A stretch of DNA of 64,000 bases from Camelus dromedarius (lineage: Eukaryota). The stretch covers positions 60,018,001 to 60,082,000 of the forward strand of contig NC_087436.1 of the NCBI RefSeq assembly GCF_036321535.1, given 5' to 3'. Position 1 is the stretch's first letter. Each line of letters opens with the position of its first letter. Positions 27,471 to 40,437 of this stretch are shown here, piece by piece. Below the pieces are notes generated by a model that worked only from the letters and a program-made list of their open reading frames with translations, made no database searches and was not told where the DNA came from. The translations under genes and the position numbers were made by a program.

Positions 27471-27929
27471 GAATGGTTGTCAATTAAAAGTTTTAAAGGA
27501 ATGGACAATGACAAATTTTTCTCACATGGCTAGATCTAAGTAATGGAAACTTGAAGTTAGTTAAAATATTTTCAGAAAATATAATACAAGCACATTTCAA
27601 AAGAGATTCCAAAATAAAATAGTAGAAAAAATAATTTGAATGGTTATGAAAATTAAAGAATTCAAATGTATCTGGGTGGGAAAAGCAATTTCAATTGAAG
27701 CTAAATGTATCTTTCCACATATAATAAGTAGGCAAACATTCAAAAATTAATATAAATCTTTATGAAGACACAAATAGTAACAACATATTGAGTGCCTTGA
27801 ACATAAAGATCATTAATGACAACAATTAAGTAATACAATACTACATTTTAAATAAAAATTAGTACCTGAAAGATTTATTTAATTGTACTTATTTTTATAA
27901 GAGGAGTACAAAATGGAACAAGTCTCTGA

Positions 27930-28082
27930 GTCATAACATGAAGAAAGGCTGTCCTGGAGAGTTGCCAGAACCACGCTGAATTTTGTGTGAGCAAGAAATA
28001 AATTTGTATTATGTTTGAGCCATTCAGATTTTTCATGATTTATTTCTTAACACCCCATAGCCCAATCTATCCTAACTAATAA
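27930..28082 (+). mobile_element. Old MLT1 (MaLR) LTR 3' part
   Basis: 'tgtgtgagcaagaaataaatttgtattatgtttgagccattcagatttt...cctaactaata'. Confidence 0.65.
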
Positions 28083-30489
28083 ATTCTCATTTTTTAACTC
28101 TTATTTCCTATATCCCCATTCTTCTAATTTTGTCTTTAAGTTTTGTAATTCCCTAATGATTGTTCCTCTGCAATAAACCTGAAACAGTCTTGTGTTCCTA
28201 TATTTTATTTATTTTAGCAGGTCTCTATTACTCTCTTTTTATCCTTGGCAATATTGACACTCATACTGGCAAAATACTTCGTGTACAACTTCCTGAGGGG
28301 TATTTTATACTGTGGTTCAAATCTTATGAATTCTACTTATTCTTTTTTCTTTGCACTTTTTAAATGATATCCATAAATACTGAGACATGTGGCAAGAACC
28401 AAGTTACTATATATTTAAATTATAGGATTTACTACTTTTCCTTATAGAGAGACTTCAGGAATAGAAATTGGCACAAGGATCCATGTCTCTATTGCAATAG
28501 TCAAATGTGTTCTGCAAATCTATGATGTACTATTTTGGTAATAACAATAACCTAGACAACTATCTCTGAAAGCAGGTCCAAATTTTCCACACTAAAATAT
28601 TTCTTGATTTACTCTGCAATTCTAAGCTGCAAAATCAAGATACATTATCTTAGGTATATTTGGGATATCCCAGAGTTTAGAATTAAATGAGCTTATGTCC
28701 TCAATACTGTTTCAGTCAGATCCAGCCTTAAATTGTAATTTTCAAAAGCCACTAAGATATAAAGATTACTATATTGCAATTAGACATACTTTAATCCATT
28801 CTATCATCTGCCAACTGTATGTAGAGCACAGTGAGAGGAAACACAAGTTTTTTGTAAAATTCTAATTTGTGCAACCTAGCTTTGGAACACTTCTTCTAAA
28901 CCATTTAGATTCTTCCTCTGTCAAATGGAAACAATCAGTCCTGCTCACATTTGTTATTAGGGTAAAATTCTAAAAGAAAACTGTACAATGTTTTTTTAAA
29001 TATTATTATTAATTACAGTTACCAAGTCAGGTATGTGTTTTAGTTGTCAAAGCCAGCAGACGTAGGATTTTCTAGAAACTTGAAATTATGAAATTCTAAA
29101 CAATACCATAAATACCTGAACAGTGTAGCTCAATGAATAATACTTATTTAAATAATACTTGCCAAGTGAATGAATGAATGAATGTATAACAGAATTCACT
29201 GATAAGAAATCAGAGCTGAATGGAAAGGGGAAATTAGAGTTGAAAGAAAAACTGTGACAGAAAAAAAGATAATGATACTATTTCTATTATTTGCCCTATT
29301 TTCATGAAAAATATTTATAATTAAAAAAATTTACAAATAGTTTATATGGAAATTTTCCATCCACAATTAATTTCCACAATTGTTGGTGTATTTCATTAAT
29401 CCCTGTAAAAACACCCATCTCAGTTACTATCAGAGTATTAGGAAATATTACATTGAGTTACATTGGGTTTCCTATACCTTAGAATATGATATTCACATGT
29501 TGGCTAATTTAAGTTCTATTATTAAAATTTTAGCAATATTTACTTCCTATGAATTTTCTGGTTATTTGGTTTAATTCCATCTCTCAGATGTAATTTTTTT
29601 AAACAAATTAACATTTTTATGTGCTACTGATGTTTTCCTTGGACACAGCTCTTTTGTATTCATATGTTCCTGATATAGTCCATTTTTCATTAAAATTATT
29701 TAGGAATCTGCTACCCAGATTACAATTTATCTAGCATTTTCACCTAATTATACCAGCAATGTATAGTGTTGACTGGTAGTTTGGCACATGTTCAGATTTT
29801 GGAGAGCAAAACATTTTATGGAGCTAAATTTTAATAAAAATAAGATTTTACTGCCTAGTCATAAATATTAGTAGGATATAAACCCTCTTTGAAAATTAGC
29901 TTCAACAATATATCAATATAATTTTATAACTGTAAACATAATGTCTGTGAAGAAGTGTATGTGAAGTATCTAAGATTTTAGCCTATCTGTAGGCTAGTCC
30001 ACCACAGGTTCACAATTGCTAGAAGACATAAGACTCTTGTGTTGGACACAAAAAACTTTATTACTCACACCAATAGCAATAGCCAGAGTGCCAGCTTGTT
30101 TTTGGTGATGATTTCCTAAGCGCCAGTTCCCACAACTTAGCACAAAGAGAGCAAGGTGATACGTGTACATGCACTAGGTTGTACTGTAGGAGACAAACCC
30201 CATTTGGGAGGTGCAGGTTAGATGCAAATCTTTGATAATGAGCAGTAAGCATACCTACCATTAGTTTTGGAATAAGACACCAAGTCTATCCACTAAAACA
30301 ATCCTTAAAAAAATATTGTGGCACAAAGGGAGTGAGTGCCTCTGCTTGCAAGAGGTACAGAAGGACGAGAGCTCAATAGAGAATATTGTGTCTTAACAAT
30401 ATCCAACTATGAGGTCTTAATTTTTGGAGACATTTCCCATCACTACAACATACTGTTGGCTGCTCTGATTAATTTGACTGACAGAGGCT

Positions 30490-30960
30490 GAGACTAAAAC
30501 CATCCAATTTGTCCCATATAGTATTTAATTAATGCTACTAACAAGAGTCAGCAATATGAGACTGACTTGCAAGAATTGAACTCAATCATGTCCCCCGGGG
30601 TCACAGACCCAGACAGCTGAAAAAAAATCCTACAACTGGTCAGGGACTGCCTTAAAAGCCAGGTTGCTTTCTGTATTGACATTTCCACTTGACCCAAGAT
30701 ATTAACCCATCTATAGCAGGAAGTATTAAAGATTGCACAGACTCAGCCTTAGCAGGCAAGGAGAAAGTCCAGGGCAAATCTGTCATGCATAGCTACCCTG
30801 GTCAGTGAGCTGAAACTGAGCTGAATGCCTTCACGAGTCAAAGACCCATCATGGATCATTGCCGTTGAAGGCAGGGAAAGAATTTGGACCTTTGCTTGAA
30901 CTGGTGATCCCCATTGTATGGATAACTGCACATGAAGTGCACAGTTATAACAAGTCACCT
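30490..30960 (-). pseudogene. Retroviral env transmembrane-subunit remnant (stops, frameshifts)
   Basis: Reading through stops: GIQLSFSSLTRVAMHDRFALDFLLAC*G*VCAIFNTSCYRWVNILGQVE...KATWL, i.e. heptad, immunosuppressive domain and degenerate CX6CC, followed by a hydrophobic LLLVALIK segment. Confidence 0.85.
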
Positions 30961-31418
30961 AATTCTCCTTGAAAAAACTCTCAGTAGCCACAGGCAATCT
31001 AATTTTGGAGCAATCTCTACAGCCATCTGAGGGCTACACGATCTACTGGTTGTGTCTCCTTAAATATTTGATGGTCAATTATGACCACCCCTATAATGCA
31101 TGTGTTTTCAGAAGAGAAATAATTCCTTACCTCTATAAAAAGAAGTATAGTACCAGGGCCACATACGGCACTCCTGAAACAAAAGTGTTTTTAATAATCA
31201 TAAATCCTCCGCAGAGGAGGAGAACAGGTAGACAGTGCCTCTAACGTGGATTCCAAGGTGGCTGGCAAGCTTTGGGTCCACAGTAGAGTTCAAACTATTG
31301 AATTCAGTCCTTGTTTGGAGGGACTGCCAAAGAATCACAAGACCTTCATGAGACAGACATTGAATTTTGACAAGAGCTCAGTAGCAATCTAATAGCTGCT
31401 TTCTAAAAGGAGTGCCTG

Positions 31419-31817
31419 CTAAAAAATGTGTGTGTGTATGTGTGTGTGTGTGTGTGTGTACACACACACACATACATATACACACATATATACACACACA
31501 CATTTTATTTACAAACAATAAATAGACTCATGGACATAGAAAACAACCTGTGGTTATCAGGGGGAAGGGGAGTGAGGAGGGACAGATTGGGAGTTTAGGA
31601 TTAATAAATACACATTACTATATATAAAATAGATAAACAACAAGGACCTACTGTATAGCACAGGGAACTATATTCAATTTCTTGTAATGAGCTGTAATGG
31701 AAAAGAATCTGAAAAAATATGTATATATATATATATATGTATAACTGGATCTCTTTGCTGTACACATAAAACTAACATTGTAAATCAACTACAATTCAAT
31801 AAAAAATAAGAATTAAA
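31419..31817 (+). mobile_element. 5'-truncated cetartiodactyl-type L1 3' end nested in the provirus
   Basis: 'aacaaggacctactgtatagcacagggaactatattcaa...'; 14-bp TSD AAAAGGAGTGCCTG at 31405-31418 and 31818-31831. Confidence 0.9.
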
Positions 31818-33620
31818 AAAAGGAGTGCCTGGTAACCCTATTAGGAGGCAACAAGTCTAAAACCCCAAGGAGCAAAAAAATCAGGCGGAGGCTGCCTCCC
31901 TTTGCCAGATCCTCTAATTGGCGAAATCATCAGTTCTAGAAATTTTAGCTCAGAGGAATAATTGAGCTGTAGTACCCCAAAGGGATGAGCACTTTTCTAC
32001 ATGAGCTATTATTGAGCAACTTTTCCCTGGCACTTTCAGGACACGGAAAGACATGCATATAACAAATCAGTTTTCTACTATATATTCAGATGTGACAGCA
32101 ACAAAAACAGAACACTGGATTTTCCCAAATGGCCTTGCCCAAAAGATCACATTAGCTCCCTTGCTCTTCGAGAGCCTTTCCCAAATCCCACCAATTGAAT
32201 TTTGGTGTCTCTACACCATACAGCCCTGAGGAGGAAAGTGACTTGAATATCTATAGCCAACAGAACCATAAAAGTTGAAGACCTTTCCTCCTTGAAGTTC
32301 CTCAACATGCTCAGATGGATCAGTATGGTCTTTGTTAACCCTTGGGAACAGGGAGACTTTGGTCTCGTGTAATACTATGTTTCTCCTTAGAGCTACTTAG
32401 GCTGGGGCAAGGCTCCATGTCATTAAACAAGTCTTCTCACCTACTTTCAGTTTTTAGTGATGTCGCAGTGGCTTGTGAATCAACTAGATTTCCAAACCAT
32501 AATATCAAGTGACAGAATCGTCATGACTAAACCACCCTATGTCAGACTTAAAGACCCTTTAACAGTCACAGTCACATCACTTACCTGTAAGGGCCACAGA
32601 TCTGTTTCTTTTGGCTGACTTGGGCTTGACTCTTACAGCAGCAATTTTTTTTAAGGAGTCCACATTAATTGATTAGCACTTGCTCCCTATTATCATTAAC
32701 ACCTCTTAAGTTCTCATCTGGTGTCCTTATGAAGGCTAGGGGAATTATCTTGGGTAGAAGACTAAATAAAAGAATTTATCTCGAACTCTGGGGGTCAGTG
32801 TCTCATCCTCCAGTTGGTCACCTTCATTAGCATTGTATATCAACCTTTCCAATTCCTCCTTACAAAAAGACAATGAAGTAGAGGACCATTTATTGCCTGG
32901 TTGGCCATATAATCTGGTCAACACATTTGCTACCAATTCTTGTAGACTTTCCTCAAATTCTGTTCATCAACCCTAGTTATCCTCACCCAAAAATAAAGTC
33001 TTTGTCAGCATCTCACCCTCATAGTCCAAGTTGTCAAAAATTATTAAGGGTTTAAGATTTTACATTACTTAGAAGCTAACAAGTCAGCCTGCCACAGTTT
33101 CGTGGATGCTCACGGAAGCCATAAGATTCCTTGTCAGAGACATAGAACTTCATTACTCACAATTATGGCCATATCCAGAAGATTAGCATTTTCTTATGCC
33201 AGTTCTGAGCCTGAATTCCAACAGAAAAATGGAAAAGGGGCCAGGTGACATCTGCACATGCATTGGGCTGCATTATAGGAGAGTAACCCTGAACTTAAAA
33301 GCTTGAGTATTTTGCAAAGGATAGTAAACAGGCCTGCCCTTAATTCCAAAGGGAGGCACTATATCATTTAAGGTTGTTCTCTATATAAATACCCTTGAAA
33401 AGACAGTCTGTAACAAAGAAAGTGACTTTGCTCACAAGACATGGAAAAACATTAGAGACCCATGGAGAATTATCTCCTATCAAAGTGGGAGAATGAATGT
33501 TCTCAATAAAATATGCCTCATTTGTGCCATTATTTCACATTTTTAAAAATACAGACCTGATTACATTTCTTAAACCCATTAGCCACAAAATAAATGACCT
33601 AATTATAAAGAAAAATAACA

Positions 33621-34610
33621 GAAGTCCTGCATTAAAAGAAGATGCAGCCTAGGATACTCTATCCAGCAAGGCTAATCTTTGGAATAGAAGAAGAGATAAA
33701 GAACTTCACAGACAAGCAAAAACTAAAAGAGTTGAGCAACACTAAACCCATGCTAAAAGAAATATTGACAGGTCTACTCTAAATAGAAAAGAAGCAGCTT
33801 GCTACAAAAATGAGAAACTCATAACTGGAAAAGTGATAACTACCATGAATTCCAAATAGAATAAACACAAAATTGTAACAGAAGACATCTAAATCATTAA
33901 GAGTGGGAGAGGGAAGCAAAGAAAGCCACTGTGGAAAATAGTATTGAGATTCCTCAAAAGACTAGGAACAGACTTACCATATGACCCAGCAATCCCACTC
34001 CTGGGTATATATCCAGAAGGAACCCTACTTCAAAATGACACCTGCACCCCAATGTTCATAGTAGCACTATTTACAATACCCAAGACATGGAAACTGCCTA
34101 AATGTCCATCAACAGATAACTGGATAAAGAAGATGTGGTATATTTATACAATGGAATGCTATTCAGCCACACAAACCGACAACATAACGCCATTTGTAGC
34201 AACATGGATGTTTCTGGAGAATGTCATTCTAAGTGAAGTAAGCCAGAAAGAGAAAGAAAAATACCATATGAGATCACTCATATGTGGAATCTAAAAAAAA
34301 AAAAAAAAAAAAAAAAAAGAACATAAATACAAAACAGAAACAGACTCAGACATAGAATGCAAACTTGTGGTTGCCAAAGGGGCGGAGGGTGGGAAGGGAC
34401 AGACTTGGATTTTAAATCTATACTAGATAAACAAAATTATACTGTATAGCACAGAGAAATATATTCAAGATCTTGTGGTAGCTCACAGTGAAAAAACAAA
34501 TGTGACAATGAATATATGTATGTTCATGTAAAACTCAAAAATTGTGCTCTACACTGGAATTTGACACAAAATTGTAAAATGACTATTACTCAATAAAAAA
34601 ATGTTTAAAA
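33621..34610 (+). mobile_element. Young camelid-type L1: ORF1 C-terminus and spacer joined directly to ORF2 C-terminus and 3'UTR
   Basis: 33645-33782 translates QPRILYPARLIFGIEEEIKNFTDKQKLKE...LKEILTGLL* (ORF1p end). 33944-34294 is the ORF2p end (LPYDPAIPLLGIYP...MWYIYTMEC). 14-bp TSD AAAGAAAAATAACA at 33607-33620 and 34611-34624. Confidence 0.9.
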
Positions 34611-35244
34611 AAAGAAAAATAACAAAGTTATATTTCTGATAGAAAAGCGTGCAGAGCAACATATTAGTTATTTATACTTTTAAAGAATACACCTGTTTCC
34701 AATGTCATGACTTATTACTTCAATGACTGTGCACTTTATTCTAAACACATTGAACCATATTTAGTTCTGCAAAATGCAATACTACCCAGTACTGTTTTAT
34801 ATGTAATAATCCTGCTGCTTCCAATATGTCTGTCCACCAGGGTAATTTTTTTGTCCATCAAGTATCATTCCTAGAAAATCCTTCCTAATGATGCCGATTT
34901 ATGTCTTTAAGGCAAAACATAACTCTATCATATCACTTAGAGCAATATATGATCATCTCTACCTTATAAGTCTGTTCCCCCTTTACTACACACCACCCAT
35001 AAACACACACACTACACCAGTGAGCCTTGTTTGATCCAGCACACTACATAGAAATCAGTGGTTCTCAACAGACTATGTATTGAATGTATAGACAGGTAGT
35101 TGGATCCATGAATAAGTAGTGTGGCTTAATGAAGTCTGGGTCCTTATCATCTCATGCCTTGGCTGATGCAACAGTTTGTTTATCCTTATTCTTTCATTTA
35201 TTTTTTGTTTGATTGTTTTTTAAAAATGTATTTATATTAAAAAA

Positions 35245-36398
35245 AATTTAATTGCAATAAAATATATAACATAAAATTTGCCATATTAAACATTTTTAAA
35301 TTGAGGTAACACTTGTTTATAACATTCTATAATTTCATGTGTACATTATATTTCAACTTCTGTATACACTACAGGGTGCTCACCACCAAAAATTTAGTTT
35401 CTATCCAACACCATGAAGTTGACCCTTTTTGCCATTTCACCCTCCCCAGCTCCCCTTCCCCTCTGGTAACCACTACTCTGATCTCTGTATCTATGTGTAT
35501 GTTTTTATTTGTTCACTTATTTATTTATTTAGTTTATTTTTTTATATTCCATATACGAGTGAAATCACACAGTATTTGTCTTTCTCCATCTGACTTATCT
35601 CACTTAGCATATTCCTTCAAGGCCCAATCATGTCGCAAATGGCACGATTTCATCTTTTTTATGGCTGATACAGCTGTATATATACCACATTTTATCCACT
35701 GATTCATCAATGAGTACTAGGATTATTTCCATATTTTGGCTACTGTAAATAATGCTGTAAATAATACAGAGGTGCATATCTTTTTGAATTAGTGTTTTCC
35801 TATTCTTTGGATAAATACTCAGAAGTATGATAGCAGGATCACATGGTAGTTCTATTCTTAATTTTTTGAGGAATCTCCGTACCATCTTCCATAGTGGCTG
35901 CACCAATTTACATTTCCACCAACAATGCATGAGAGTTCCCTGCTTTTAACATTCTCACCAGCAGTTGCTATTTGTTGCCTTTTGATAATAGCCATTCTAA
36001 CAGGCATGATGTGACATCTCATTGTGAGTGTACAGTTCAGTGGTATTAAGTACATTCACACTGTTGAATCTCCAGAACTCTTTTCATCTCACAGAAACTG
36101 AAATTCTATACCCATTAAACATTTCCCCATTTCACCTCTCCCTAGACCATGTTCTTAGTAACATTAGTCACAATAGCCAGAAGATGGAAGGAACCCAGTG
36201 TCCACAGACAGATAAACAGATAGACAAAATGTGGTATATACATACAATGGAGCATTATTCAGCCTTAAAAAGGAAGAAAACTCTGACATATTGATGAACC
36301 TTGAAGACATTATGTTAAGTGAAATAAGCCAGTCACAAAAAAGAGAAATTCTATGACTGCACTCATCTGAGGTAGAGTACCTCAAAGTCATAAAGACA
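35245..36398 (-). mobile_element. Nested L1s: L1MB-like element with inverted 5' part (plus strand, about 36150-36398), interrupted by an L1MA-like element (about 35295-36025)
   Basis: L1MB-type 3' end 'aacataaaatttgccatattaaacattttta' resumes at 'agtgtacagttcagtggtattaagtacattcaca'. ORFs 35628-35930 and 36028-36294 contain L1 ORF2 C-terminal peptides. Confidence 0.8.
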
Positions 36399-38710
36399 GG
36401 TTGTATTTTCTCATTTCTTTAGTGAATTCCACATACTGTCATCAGATTAATGTATTTTAAACATCAGAATCATCATATCATTTGCTAATTCAAAAAAACT
36501 GTAGTACCTTTAAGTAAATGAAGATTGATTATATGACTATTGATAAAATGTTCAGAAAACTATACAATATAATCTCAAAATAGCTTTTGAAAACGATCTA
36601 TTAAACACATCATCTAATGCTCCAAAATCACCATATTTCCCCTCTGTATCCACATTCATATCACCCCTCTCACAATATTCCTTTCTTTTCTCGTTAGCTA
36701 CCATTGGATTGCTGCTCAAATTTGAAATATTTTCTTACTGCTCCATTTAAATACCATTACACTATTTTCAAACTTTTATTAAATAAATCACCTAGACTAC
36801 ATCATAGAATTATGGGGTCATATAAACATTATGTTGCACGTATTTATTTTAGATTTAAGCACCCTTTACCCCAGGAAGACTTTGAGCTCCCTATGGCAGA
36901 AACTATGTACTTTAGTGTTCTGTGACCCAGGAAAGTGTATGGCAGTTGAAGAGTACAAGCGTATTCAAAGAGTTCAAAAATAATTATTGACTAGTAATTG
37001 AACAGGATGTCAAGTTTTCAGAGATCCATATGTATGGGTTCTTAGATTGATTTTTGTAATTTATTTTTCCTCCTTGTATTTCCACTTTCAGATGTATGCT
37101 GTAGGCTGAACAGTTTATTCATAAGTGTTCTAAATTAATTCCAGTCATATTCATTTTTTTCTAGGTCATCCACATTAATTTATAGCAAATTGATACATGC
37201 AATCATCTGAGGATGATTTTTCATAGAGTTCTCATCAAATAATTAACCAGCAAGAAAATTTCTGGTATCATTTCACCTGTGATATGACCCTAATCCTAAC
37301 ATTGGTTTCAGTTTATGGTGCTATTAAACTTAACTAGGTCTGTTCATTCATAATAAAAACAAGTTGAACTAGATGATTTCTAAGGACTTTGTAATTTCAA
37401 ATTATTCACAATTATAATAACAATAATAAAAACAATAGTATTTCTTGTGGCTATGGTGCTTTTACATCAACCTCTTTTATAGCTATTTTCTTATTTGACT
37501 AATTACTAGCCTAGTTATTTATTTTCAATATGTATAAATTTCCATTCATATTTTGAATAATGAAGTTATCTTACCATTTAAATTAAAAGCTAAGTAAAAT
37601 ATATAAAAATCATGTGTTATGTTATGCCACAGCAGTTATTTAAAAACAATTTTTATTTATATATTCAATTATGGATGCTAGCATAATTTAAAAACATAGA
37701 ACCAAAATGTTAATTTTGAAGGGCATATGACCACTATCCTTCACAATTTTGTGATTTAAAAATAGACAATATAGGGATTACTTTCCAAAAGAATAATAGA
37801 TTTCTTGGAGCAGGGGTATTTTAAGGAAAATAACTGAATTAATTTGCTCCCACAATCTCCCCAAAAAGTAGATAAGATGATCACACACTCTAGAAAACTA
37901 TAAACAGTTTTATCTTATATGATGCTAGAAAATCAGATTAAAATTAGACAATTATTTATAGGCAAGGTCTGGGTTTATTTCCTGCAATAGCTTGTAGCTG
38001 CTAATTCATCAAGCTTTGTACCAGCTACAAAATGTTGCTTTACAAGCTGCATTAGAAAATCTAAAAATCACTAAAAAACATTAAGCCATTTAAACTAATG
38101 TTAAGTTTGAGAAACAAGTCTGAATAATTCATGGTTAAAATTAAATATTCCACCTCTTGCAATTGCACATTCTTCAAAAGGAGAATAAAATATATATAAA
38201 AACAACAAAAACAGCAGGAGCTTTATATTTCCAGAATTATTTGCAACCATGATTAAAATGCTATATATGCATAAGGTAAAGCTTTTGAATGTCTTTCATA
38301 CAAGAAAAAAAATATGAAAAGCTTTTATCCTTTGAAAAGGATCATTTAAAATGGGCTTTCCTAAAATAATATGTGTAATAAGCTAGAAAATGCAGGCTGA
38401 TTTTTACGAGCAAATTTCCCACAAAAGACATAAAAATGCTGAATTTTGAATAATGTTCAATTTTACTCCTAAAGCTGAGAAATGTAGATGACCAAAAACA
38501 CGTGAAGTATGTGAAGTCATTTTTTATTCAAGATCACCATACGCTCTGAGGCTTTAGTTCTGCACTGTGAAAATAACCTACTATCTATAGCCAATTTTCT
38601 AGAAATAAGTGAAAATCAACATACTTTTTATGGTTTTTAAGATCTGGTTTCACAATTCTAAAAACTACCGTCCTCTTCCTATATTCTTTTGTGTTTTTAC
38701 TGTTTGTTGT

Positions 38711-38788
38711 TTTACTTTATTTTATTTTATTTTATATTTTATTTATTTTTACAATGTTGTGTCAATTTCTAGTGTACAGCACAATCTT
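38711..38788 (-). mobile_element. Very short L1 3'-terminal fragment with (TTTTA)n tail
   Basis: 'ttttacaatgttgtgtcaatttctagtgtacagcacaat' is the reverse complement of the L1 end seen at about 34540-34580. Confidence 0.7.
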
Positions 38789-40019
38789 CGTATATTCTTA
38801 ATTGAAAAATACTCTCTTCCACGTAGGAAGATTGACACCTTCACAGAAACTGCAGATGTGGAAAGACCAGCTTGGAGTTGTGAAGAAAGATGTAGGTACC
38901 TGCCGTGCCAGGTAGAGCAGCCAAGACAACCTGGAGGTCAATGAGGTGGCAGGTGTCTATGCCAGATGGCTCTAATATTAATCAATGTATGTGTATGAGT
39001 ACAGTTTAAATTAATTTTTTTTAGAAAAATAAACAAAAACTAAACAAGAAAACAAATGTTCTCTATTTTCTTGATTAGGTTTTATAAATAATTCTGTTAG
39101 GTACAACTCAAGTTTAAAAAGTTAACAAAAAAGATGATGCAGTTACATTTCTTCAATTTTCATCAAATAAAGTGGAAGTTTTCATTATACCAGATTATCC
39201 TCAAGTTTTTAAAACAGTATAGTCATAGTAAGTTATAAAATGCTACTAAGAAGATGAAGACCATCATATCTTTTCCCAATATCTCAAAGAAATAACAACC
39301 AAAAATTTATTCACAGTAATGAATTTACACACACATTTTTCTGTAACATATGGTATAGCTACTATAATCACAGAAAAATTCTAAATTCTAAAATACTTTA
39401 TTTGGCCAACCATTATATGTAACATTTTAATGGCTCTGCTCTGCCATCTCACCAGACTGAGTGCTTTCAAAGACACTCAGGAGTCTAGCCTTACCTAAAA
39501 TCCCCATATTCTAAAACAACTTTCTCTCTTAACTTGAATAATAATGAATGCATAAATTGTTCAAATTTATCACCAAGATATTAGGAGAAAATTTATGGTA
39601 TGTAGGAAAATAATTCATCCTAATAAACATTATGGATTAAATTCATCTATCATATATTTATAGTTTGAAAGTGGTGGCTTTCAAATAACATCTGAAGGCA
39701 AAGTAGGTGATAGCCAATAAGATATATATTATAAGCACACTACATTGTTCTCCCCCCCCCAAATTCTTCCATAAGGGCAAAGCACCTTAAATTACAGAAT
39801 TAGAAACTCAGAATTCCCTGCTATAGGCAAGGGGAAAGCTAGGACTTGCAATGTTATCAGTTATCAGAAAGGCAAAGCTAAAAGATTAAAGACAGACTTT
39901 GCCAACTTTACAGTTTTCCTTATAATTGGTATTTTTTGTCTACCACCATAAAAATAGTACTATCTCATATATGTAGAAAATACTTCAATAGCTTCTTATT
40001 TATTGAAACAATTTCTCAA

Positions 40020-40250
40020 ATCTTTATTTTTATTATTTTTCAGCTTTATTAACGAATAATTGAAAAATAAAATTATACATATTTAAGACATACAATGTAT
40101 TTTGATATGGATATACATCATGAAGTGATTACCACCATCAAGCTAATTAACATAAATGTCACCCTACAAAGTTACCCTTTCTGGGTGTGTGATGAAAACC
40201 CTTAAGATCTACTCAGGAAATTTCAAGTATATAATATAGTATTATTAACA
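40020..40250 (-). mobile_element. L1MA8/9-like 3' end
   Basis: 'gattaccaccatcaagctaattaacata...cttaagatctactc...aaatttcaagtatataatatagtattattaac'. Confidence 0.75.
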
Positions 40251-40437
40251 AGTCTTTCATATTTTTGTCATAGAAGAGAAAATTATGGAGGGTATTTTTT
40301 TAATTCAATGCTTTATTTAGTGAGGGGATTTTAGAGCACAGTTATAAGACTGCAAGTCAAACAACAATAAGGTTAGCTCACTGGATCCTCAGTTTCTCCC
40401 TTAAAATGTCATATGATTAAAGAATGTAACTCAACAC

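Larger units (their letters stand above)
29960..33482 (-). mobile_element. Degraded, internally deleted ERV provirus with two LTR40-like LTRs (5' LTR about 33042-33482, 3' LTR about 29960-30398)
   Basis: Two homologous ~440-bp direct repeats ('agattttagcctatctgtaggctag...ctttattactcac' vs 'agattttacattacttagaagctaac...cttcattactcac'). The 5' LTR starts TGATAGGAGATAATTCTCCATGGGTCTC on minus, like LTR40. The internal region has env similarity. Confidence 0.8.

Noticed and set aside
30749..30958. Domesticated syncytin-like env gene
   Set aside because: Stops within the immunosuppressive-domain/CX6CC region, loss of the last Cys, frameshifts and an L1 insertion upstream.
33944..34294. 116-aa ORF as a host gene
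   Set aside because: It is the L1 ORF2p C-terminus; the same applies to ORFs at 35628, 36028, 40511, 40771, 57239, 61433 and 61859.
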